Source of the DNA: Gemmatimonas sp.
Lineage (GTDB): Bacteria; Gemmatimonadota; Gemmatimonadetes; Gemmatimonadales; Gemmatimonadaceae
Reading direction: 5' to 3'
Assembly: GCF_036405635.1 (NCBI RefSeq)
Contig: NZ_DASWXE010000076.1
Coordinates: forward strand, 2,357-66,356
DNA length: 64,000 nt
Shown here: positions 18,792 through 27,279 of the stretch, piece after piece
Layout: each line of letters begins with the position of its first letter
How positions within the stretch are numbered: the stretch's first letter is position 1
Translations under genes and position numbers: made by a program
The notes under the pieces: model-generated
What the model was told of the DNA's origin: nothing
Database searches by the model: none
The model's input: only the letters and a program-made list of their open reading frames with translations

Positions 18792-20459
18792 TCAGGGAGC
18801 GGTCTCGTGGAACTGCACGTTCGTCTCGTGCTGCAACGCGCGACGCAGTGCCCACTGATCCTGGAACAACACGACGATATTGCCCTTGTGGTCGTACACC
18901 TTCATGCGACCGAGGCCAGTCGCCACACGCTCGACGTCGGCCGGTTTGCCGGTGAGCCACCGCGGCCAGCGATAGGTCATCTTCTCGAATTTGCACGGCG
19001 CCGAGTATTCGTACTCGAGCCGGAATGCCATCACGTCGAACTGCAGCTGACCGACTGCTCCTACGATGGGCTGCGCACCCGCACTGGTTTCGGCAAAGAA
19101 CACCTGAGCGGCGCCTTCTTCGGTGAGCTGACGCAGGCCGATGTCGAACTGCTTGCGCTTCATCGGGTCGGCCGGCATGGCCCGCGCAAAGTGCTCCGGT
19201 GCAAACCGGGGAATGCCCTGGAATTCCATCTTGCCGTCACCGCCCAGCGTGTCACCGATGCGGAGATTGCCGCGATCCATCACGCCGATCACGTCACCGG
19301 GCCATGCTTCCTCGATGGCCACGCGATCGCGGGCCATGAATTGCTGCGGCGCCGCCAATCGCATCGGCTTGCCGGTACGCTGGTGCACGACCTGCATGCC
19401 GGCTTCGAAGTGACCCGAGACAATGCGCAGAAACGCCACACGATCGCGATGCTTGGGATCCATGTTCGCCTGAATCTTGAACACAAAGCCTGTAAAGTCA
19501 CGCCGCCCCGGTGCAACCGGACCGGCGCTCGACTCACGCGGTCCCGGGGGAGGTGCCAGCTCGAGGAATTCGCGCAGGAACGGCTCGATACCGAAGTTCG
19601 TCAGCGCCGAGCCAAAGAAGACCGGCGTGAGCGATCCGTCGATGACTCGCTCGTGCTCGTAGGTGTGCCCTGCCGCGTCGAGCAGTTCGATGTCGGTCAT
19701 CAGGCGATCGAAGGCCGACTCACCCATCGCCTCGATGAGTTGCGGGTCGTCGATGCTGACGATGGTGTCATCGGCTCGCGTCGCGCCGCGGTCGCCGCTG
19801 CGTTCGAAGAGGTGCACTTCGCGCTTGAGGCGATCGTACACACCCACGAAGACGTCATTCTCGAACACGGGCCAGGTGGCCGCAAAGCAGTCGATGCCAA
19901 GGTCTGCCTCGACATCCTGAATCAGCTTGAGCGGATCTTCGCCATGCCGGTCACACTTGTTGACCAGCGTGAAGATGGGCGTGCGCCGCATCTTGCACAC
20001 ATCGAACAGCTGCCGCGTGCGCTCTTCCACGCCGCGGCGATTGTCGAGCAGCATGATGGCGCTGTCGGCGGCGACCAGCGTGCGGTAAGTGTCTTCGGAG
20101 AAGTCTTCGTGACCGGGCGTGTCGAGCAGGTTGAGCTGGTAGCCCAGAAACTCGAACTGCAGCACCGAGCTGGTGACCGAGATGCCGCGCTCCTGCTCGA
20201 GCTTCATCCAGTCGGACGTAGCGTGCCGGGTGGCACGCCGAGCCTTCACCGAGCCGGCCAGGTGGATGGCACCGCCGTACAGCAGCAGCTTTTCGGTGAG
20301 TGTGGTCTTGCCGGCGTCAGGGTGCGAAATGATCGCAAACGTGCGACGGCGGGCGATCTCCCGCTCGAGGCGGGAATCGTCCACTGGACCACCGGCGGTT
20401 TCCGCAGGAAGCTCCGGCGGCAGCTCGGGGGAAAGTTCAGGCGTGACAGCATCGGTCAT
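18792..20459 (-). CDS. prfC: Peptide chain release factor 3
   Basis: GTPase motifs HPDAGKTT, DTPGHEDF and NKCD, with RF3-like length. Start trimmed to ATG 20459 (MTDAV...). Confidence 0.95.
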   Translation of the reverse strand: MTDAVTPELSPELPPELPAETAGGPVDDSRLEREIARRRTFAIISHPDAGKTTLTEKLLLYGGAIHLAGSVKARRATRHATSDWMKLEQERGISVTSSVLQFEFLGYQLNLLDTPGHEDFSEDTYRTLVAADSAIMLLDNRRGVEERTRQLFDVCKMRRTPIFTLVNKCDRHGEDPLKLIQDVEADLGIDCFAATWPVFENDVFVGVYDRLKREVHLFERSGDRGATRADDTIVSIDDPQLIEAMGESAFDRLMTDIELLDAAGHTYEHERVIDGSLTPVFFGSALTNFGIEPFLREFLELAPPPGPRESSAGPVAPGRRDFTGFVFKIQANMDPKHRDRVAFLRIVSGHFEAGMQVVHQRTGKPMRLAAPQQFMARDRVAIEEAWPGDVIGVMDRGNLRIGDTLGGDGKMEFQGIPRFAPEHFARAMPADPMKRKQFDIGLRQLTEEGAAQVFFAETSAGAQPIVGAVGQLQFDVMAFRLEYEYSAPCKFEKMTYRWPRWLTGKPADVERVATGLGRMKVYDHKGNIVVLFQDQWALRRALQHETNVQFHETAP

Positions 20460-20521
20460 AGCCTTGAAAGATAGCGGCTTCCTGAGGCGATTTGGGGGGC
20501 GGGCTGCTGTCCCCCGAAGGA

Positions 20522-21409
20522 TCAGTCGGCCAGCTCGTCCAGCGTCCGCGGGAAGTCGCCCTTGAGCAGCCGGGACAGGGCGCGGTCGGCGAGCACCCGC
20601 CCGCCGGTCTGGCAGCGCGCGCAGTAGTTGGTCTCGTTGTCTGCGTAGCGAATGCGTTGCACGGGAGCGCCGCACACAGGACACGGTTTCCCGTAGCGGC
20701 CATGCACGGCCATGGCGTCATGGAAGGCCGTCACGGTCTCCGGGAAGGCCTCACCTGCCTCGACCCGCAAACGATCGGTCCAGCTGGCGAGTGTGGCCTG
20801 CATGGCGCCGTGCAGGCGGGCGATCTGGTCGTCGGTCAGCTTGCTGGTGAGCACCATTGGCGAGAGCTGCGCGGCATGCAGCATCTCGTCGGAATAGGCA
20901 TTGCCGATGCCACTCATGAGCCGCGGATCGGTGAGTGACCGCTTGATCGTGTGGTTCTCGGACCGAAGCATGTTTCCGAATTCGGCCACACTGCAGGTCA
21001 TCGGCTCGAGACCGCCGCGATCGAAGCGTTGAAGTGCCTCGTGCCCCTGCACCGCATGCAACGAGGCCCGGCGCTTGGTGCCAGCCTCGGTGAGATACAG
21101 GGTGCCATGTGGGAACGTGAGGCTGGCGAGTGCCAACTTGCCGGCAATGCGCTTACCTGGTGCGCGCCAACGCAGGCGGCCGGCAATCATGAGATGCAGG
21201 ACGAGAAAGTGCTCGGACTCGAAGACGAGTACGATACGCTTGCCAAGCCGGTGCACGCCCACGATGGGCCGTCCGGTGAATGCGGACAGCGGCGGCTCCA
21301 CCGATCGCAGCACAAACGGATTGTGCACCACCACCGCTTCCGGCGTGTGATTCACCACCGTGGCCGTCAGACGCTCCACATAGACGGTGATATCCGGCAA
21401 CTCGGGCAT
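20522..21409 (-). CDS. Fpg/Nei-family DNA glycosylase (second paralog in the window)
   Basis: MPELPD N-terminus (Pro2 nucleophile, so the start is ATG 21409), an H2TH region (SGIGNAYSDE), and a C-terminal zinc finger CPVCG...CARCQ. Confidence 0.85.
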   Translation of the reverse strand: MPELPDITVYVERLTATVVNHTPEAVVVHNPFVLRSVEPPLSAFTGRPIVGVHRLGKRIVLVFESEHFLVLHLMIAGRLRWRAPGKRIAGKLALASLTFPHGTLYLTEAGTKRRASLHAVQGHEALQRFDRGGLEPMTCSVAEFGNMLRSENHTIKRSLTDPRLMSGIGNAYSDEMLHAAQLSPMVLTSKLTDDQIARLHGAMQATLASWTDRLRVEAGEAFPETVTAFHDAMAVHGRYGKPCPVCGAPVQRIRYADNETNYCARCQTGGRVLADRALSRLLKGDFPRTLDELAD

Positions 21410-21460
21410 CACCAATCCTGCGAGGAAGACAAGGAAGAGGCCAGAGCGGCCTTCTCGGTT

Positions 21461-21811
21461 CAGATATCTGCGGTCAGATATCGGAGGTCAGATGTCAGAG
21501 GTCCGATATCTGACGGAGATAGATGAATGAGAGACCAGACCGTCCTAGATGTCAGAAGCCTGAGCACTGGCGCCGGCCGCGGTTCGTGCGCGACACGGGC
21601 ACAGATGCCAGACGCCAGACGCCAGACGACAGAACCCCCGGCATCGCGACCTGCGACACCGGGGGCTCCCGATTCATCACAACGGGGCATCGACGCACAC
21701 GACAGCCCGCCCCGTGCACTCAGACCTCTCACCATCTACGAAGGTCTGATCTCCCACCATCTATAATCCGTCGGATCTCTGTACTCCGACATCTCCCTAA
21801 CTGACATCTGG
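21461..21811. repeat. Imperfect palindrome of about 350 bp built from GATATCTGAC/GACATCTGA-like units
   Basis: The left arm (21461-21570) and the reverse complement of the right arm (21715-21811) align by eye. Shared strings include AGATGTCAG, AGAT(A/G)TCGG, TAGATG and CAGACC. The region is more AT-rich than its surroundings. Confidence 0.7.
21607..21634. repeat. Tandem heptamer GCCAGAC x3 plus a degenerate fourth unit
   Basis: Read directly as GCCAGACGCCAGACGCCAGACGACAGAA, near the centre of the large palindrome. Confidence 0.8.
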
Positions 21812-21843
21812 ACCCGGCTCTCGAGAGTGCCGTCCCTGTCCCG

Positions 21844-23670
<1,827 letters not shown>

Positions 23671-23681
23671 GGTCGGTCAGG

Positions 23682-25052
23682 TCAGAGGGAGACGAGCGCG
23701 TCGAGCGGCTCGCGGGCCTGCGAAATCAGATGACGCGCCGCCACGTCGGTTGGTGCTTCGGCAATCACGCGTACGATCGGCTCGGTGCCCGACGGGCGCA
23801 GGTGCACCCAACGGTCAGGCCAGTCGAGACGCAGACCGTCCTGCGTATCAGCAGCGGCATCGGGGAAGGCCGCGCGCAGTGCGGCATACACCGTATCGAG
23901 TGGTGCGTCGGGGCGATCGAGCTTGTCCTTCACGATCACATAGCGAGGACGATCCGCCACGAGTGCCGACAACGGCCGGCCCTCTTCGAGCATCACCTGC
24001 AGCATGAGCGCGGCACCCACCGGGGCGTCCCGTCCGAGATGCAACTCTGGCAGAATCACGCCGCCATTGCCTTCGCCACCGATGGTCGCACCAGCATCAC
24101 GCATGGCCAGCGCCACGTTCACTTCACCCACACTGGCGAAGTGAAACGGCACGCCGAGTTCATGCGCCACATCCGACACCACCTTGCTGGTGGACAGGTT
24201 GGTCACCACGGGGCCGGGACGATGGCGCAGCACCGTACGCGCGGCAAACGCCAGCGTGTAGTCCTCACCCGGTGCCTTGCCGTCATCGAGCACCAACGCC
24301 AGGCGATCGACATCAGGGTCCGTCGCAAAACCGATATCGGCATTCGAACCACGCACCAACGCCTCGAGTTCGCCGAGATTCTCGGCGACCGGCTCGGGCG
24401 GGCGATGGAAGCGGCCGTCGGCTTCCATGTTGATCGCGTACACTTCGCAGCCCAGCTCTGTCAGCAGGGCCGGCATGATCACGCTGCCGGCGCCGTGGCA
24501 GCAGTCGAGCGCCACGCGGAATCCGCGCGCACGAATGCCCTCGACGTCGAGCCATGGCAACGCCAACACCTGGGCGATGTGGCGATCGATCGCCTCGTCA
24601 TCACGCTCGATGCGACCGAGTTGATCCCACGTTGCACGCGGAATGCCGCTGTCGAGCAGCGAACGCATCTCTGCGCCTTCAGCAGCGGAGAGAAAGAGCC
24701 CCGTGGGTCCGATGAACTTGAGCGCGTTCCACTCGATCGGGTTGTGGCTCGCCGTGATGCCAAGCCCGCCGGCAGCGTGGTGATGTTCGACGGCGAGCTG
24801 AATGGTCGGCGTCGGGACCATACCGATGTCGATGACCGTGCAACCAACCGACTCGAGCGCACCATGCACGATGCGCGTGAACATCGGTCCTGAAACACGG
24901 CTGTCACGGCCCACCACGACCCGACGGTTGCCCGTGCGCGACGCCCACGCCCCAAAAGCTGCCGCGAAGGTCGCGACCACTTCCGGCGTCAGCGCGTCAC
25001 CCACCCGGCCCCGCACTCCCGACACACTCACCATCAACCCATCAAACGCCAT
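23682..25052 (-). CDS. glmM: Phosphoglucosamine mutase (alpha-D-phosphohexomutase family)
   Basis: Phosphoserine loop GITASHNP and metal loop ATDPDVDR. Start trimmed to ATG 25052, with AGGAG 6 nt upstream. It lies 11 bp upstream of glmS. Confidence 0.9.
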   Translation of the reverse strand: MAFDGLMVSVSGVRGRVGDALTPEVVATFAAAFGAWASRTGNRRVVVGRDSRVSGPMFTRIVHGALESVGCTVIDIGMVPTPTIQLAVEHHHAAGGLGITASHNPIEWNALKFIGPTGLFLSAAEGAEMRSLLDSGIPRATWDQLGRIERDDEAIDRHIAQVLALPWLDVEGIRARGFRVALDCCHGAGSVIMPALLTELGCEVYAINMEADGRFHRPPEPVAENLGELEALVRGSNADIGFATDPDVDRLALVLDDGKAPGEDYTLAFAARTVLRHRPGPVVTNLSTSKVVSDVAHELGVPFHFASVGEVNVALAMRDAGATIGGEGNGGVILPELHLGRDAPVGAALMLQVMLEEGRPLSALVADRPRYVIVKDKLDRPDAPLDTVYAALRAAFPDAAADTQDGLRLDWPDRWVHLRPSGTEPIVRVIAEAPTDVAARHLISQAREPLDALVSL

Positions 25053-25104
25053 GAGGCTCCTCGGCTCTGAATTCCACCCACCACCCGGCAATCGTTCAAG
25101 CTAG

Positions 25105-25146
25105 GTGTGTCACACGACGGGAACCACGGGGTTCCCCGCGTGACAC
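25105..25146. promoter_or_regulatory. 42-bp imperfect palindrome in the glmM divergent promoter region
   Basis: GTGTGTCACACGACGGGAACC-AC-GGGGTTCCCCGCGTGACAC, read directly. Located 53-94 nt upstream of the glmM start. Confidence 0.45.
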
Positions 25147-25300
25147 GGCTGACTCCGCCATGATCGTGTCAGGGAGCCGGAAGTGGCCTCATGCAGCGAA
25201 CCGGGAAACAGCGCGTCTGGAATAGGACGCGCAGAGGTGATACGCGTTACAGTGACGGAACCACCTCCCACTTTGGCCGCTCGCCCGGATATCGTGGATC

Positions 25301-26056
25301 ATGTCCGATCCGCTTGCCCTCTTCTCCCTCGCCCTTGCTGCCGGCGGGGGTCGTCTCGACGGTGTCGAGGTGGCCCGTTCCGTGGCCGCAGGGATCACAC
25401 TGCTGCAGCGCAGCGCCCCGCTCGTGCGCGCGTTGTCCGGCAAACGAGCGGCGGCGGTCCTGCCTGGCGGAAGTCTCCTGCTCACCGCCCTTGCTGCCTC
25501 CGACGGCCGGGGGTTGGTGTGGGTCGACCCAGCCACCGCATCTGATGCCATGGTGACTGAGATGAACCGGCACGATGCAGGCGCCGTGTTCACCACATTC
25601 GAGATCGCCGAGCGACTCATGCCCCTCGTGTCGTCGGCAAGGCCCTTGGTGCTGCTCGACCAGGCACCCGCGCACGCGACGGTGCACCTGCCAGACCGCG
25701 CCATTGCGGTGGATCTGGGCTCACACTTCGGACTGTCGCTCGAAGGCGACCGCGAAGCTGAGGGACGGGATGAAGAGTGCCTGCTGCACGATGGGCAGGT
25801 GCACACCCACCGGAGCCTGCTGCACGAAGCGCGTGCGTTCGGGCGTAGTGCGGCACTGACCCCGGTTGATCGCACCTGCACCATCATGCCACACGCGAAC
25901 GTCGATCTGCTGGTCGCGGGCGTGGCCGCGCCCCTGCTCTTCGGTGGCGAGGTGTTCGTCACCCCGCAGGAGGACGTCGCGCACATCCGCGAGATCGCAG
26001 CGACGCGCCTGGTTGGCTCAGGCCACGATCTGCAGGTGCGTCTGACGCCGCACTGA
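25301..26056 (+). CDS. Hypothetical protein resembling a truncated ANL (AMP-binding) enzyme N-terminal subdomain
   Basis: 251-aa ORF with good GC3 bias; the opposite-strand 331-aa ORF is Ser/Arg/Cys-rich shadow. Pattern THRSLL...MPHANVDLLVAGVAAPLLFGGEV resembles THxNL...LPLFH...PLLxG of acyl-CoA synthetases, but no SGTTGxPKG loop is present. Confidence 0.5.
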   Translation: MSDPLALFSLALAAGGGRLDGVEVARSVAAGITLLQRSAPLVRALSGKRAAAVLPGGSLLLTALAASDGRGLVWVDPATASDAMVTEMNRHDAGAVFTTFEIAERLMPLVSSARPLVLLDQAPAHATVHLPDRAIAVDLGSHFGLSLEGDREAEGRDEECLLHDGQVHTHRSLLHEARAFGRSAALTPVDRTCTIMPHANVDLLVAGVAAPLLFGGEVFVTPQEDVAHIREIAATRLVGSGHDLQVRLTPH

Positions 26057-27100
26057 CCAATCGGGCAGTGGGAAGTTCTGCCGTTCCATGGCGCGTTCGA
26101 AGGCGGCCACACACTGCGGATCGAACTGGGTACCCGAACAGCGGCGCAACTCCTCGATGGCGTCGGCCACCGGCATACCGTCACGATACGGCCGGCCGCT
26201 GGTCATCGCATCGAACGAGTCCGCGACCGCGGTGATACGCGCTTCGAGTGGAATTTCGCCGCCACGCAGTGCGTCCGGTGTGCCACGCCCGTCGAACCGC
26301 TCATGGTGGGACCGCACCACCGCCAGCGCATGCGGCATCTCGTGCAGCAGTGGCGACAGCAACCGCCAGCCGATCACGGGATGCTCCATGACATGCTGAT
26401 ACTCATCGTCCGTGAGTGCGCCGTCCTTGTTCAGGATGTCCTCGCGCACACCGATCTTGCCGATGTCGTGCAACCGACTGCCCAACTCCAACTGCTCGAG
26501 ACGGGGCGACGTGACACCCAACTCACGCGCGATGGCCACGGCATAGCGTGACACACGCGTGGAATGCCCCCACGTGTACGCGTCCTTCACTTCGAGCGCA
26601 TCCGCCAGCGACTGCAGCGATGCGACGAAGAGTTCCTCGTAGCGGCGTGCCTGCAGCGATACCCGCTCTTCCAGATGATCGCGGTAGGCCTGATTCTCCA
26701 GCAGCAGGCGGCGCTTCTCCAGCGCCTGCGCCACACGCGCGCTCACTTCCTCGATCGTGAACGGCTTGGTGAGGTAGTCCAGCGCGCCGGCATCGAGGCA
26801 GCGCACAGCCAGGTTCACGTCCGACATCGCGGTGATCATGACCACCGCCGTATTCGACCAACGCTCGCGGATCTGCCGCAGCAGTTCGGCGCCGTCCATC
26901 CCCGGCATGTGAAAGTCCGAGAGCACCAACGGCACCGACTCGGTGGCGAGGAGTTCCAGCGCTTCACTGCCCGACGCCGCTTCGAGGCACTCGAAACCCT
27001 CGGCCGTCATCAGACGGCGCAGGATGCCGCGCATCGCGCGCTCATCGTCCACGATGAGACAACGGCGCAGCTCACCCGTGAGGGCGTATTGCATCCGCAT
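26018..27100 (-). CDS. Response regulator with HD-GYP domain
   Basis: REC (LIVDDE...DFHMPGMDG). HD-GYP with HSTRVS, HDIGKIGV, HHERFDGRGTPDAL and ADSFDAMTSGRPYR. The start is ambiguous (27130 GTG, 27100 or 27094 ATG). Confidence 0.88.
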   Translation of the reverse strand: MRMQYALTGELRRCLIVDDERAMRGILRRLMTAEGFECLEAASGSEALELLATESVPLVLSDFHMPGMDGAELLRQIRERWSNTAVVMITAMSDVNLAVRCLDAGALDYLTKPFTIEEVSARVAQALEKRRLLLENQAYRDHLEERVSLQARRYEELFVASLQSLADALEVKDAYTWGHSTRVSRYAVAIARELGVTSPRLEQLELGSRLHDIGKIGVREDILNKDGALTDDEYQHVMEHPVIGWRLLSPLLHEMPHALAVVRSHHERFDGRGTPDALRGGEIPLEARITAVADSFDAMTSGRPYRDGMPVADAIEELRRCSGTQFDPQCVAAFERAMERQNFPLPDWSVRRQTHLQIVA

Positions 27101-27279
27101 CAGGCCGCCGGCTTGGGATCGCGCGGCCACTCGGGCCAGGTCACGACGGGCGGTTCGGCCGCACTCACCAGACGCATGCCACCCTTGGTGGCGTGCGCGT
27201 GCGTCACCTGCACTGCTCGCCCCGGGGCGGCCGAGCGGCTAGCTTCCCGCGGCAACTCTCCCCGAACGACACGAAGCCC

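Noticed and set aside
21607-21634. The tandem GCCAGAC heptamers, and the reiterated GATATCTGAC units, as a CRISPR-like array.
   Set aside because: The units are 7-12 nt with no unique spacers of CRISPR size, and no cas genes are in the window. The pattern fits a simple tandem repeat inside a palindrome.
23671-23681. Possibility of a glmS ribozyme or riboswitch upstream of glmS.
   Set aside because: Only 11 bp separate glmM and glmS, so there is no room for the roughly 170-nt ribozyme. The long structured region near glmS (21461-21811) is downstream of the gene, not in its leader.
27131-27279. A SAM or other riboswitch, or a T-box, in the 150-nt leader of the cystathionine gamma-synthase-family gene. 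The short metZ-like leader (15294-15346) was considered in the same way.
   Set aside because: I could not recognise any conserved riboswitch core by eye. Only generic GC-rich pairings are present. An Infernal/Rfam scan would be needed, so no claim is made.
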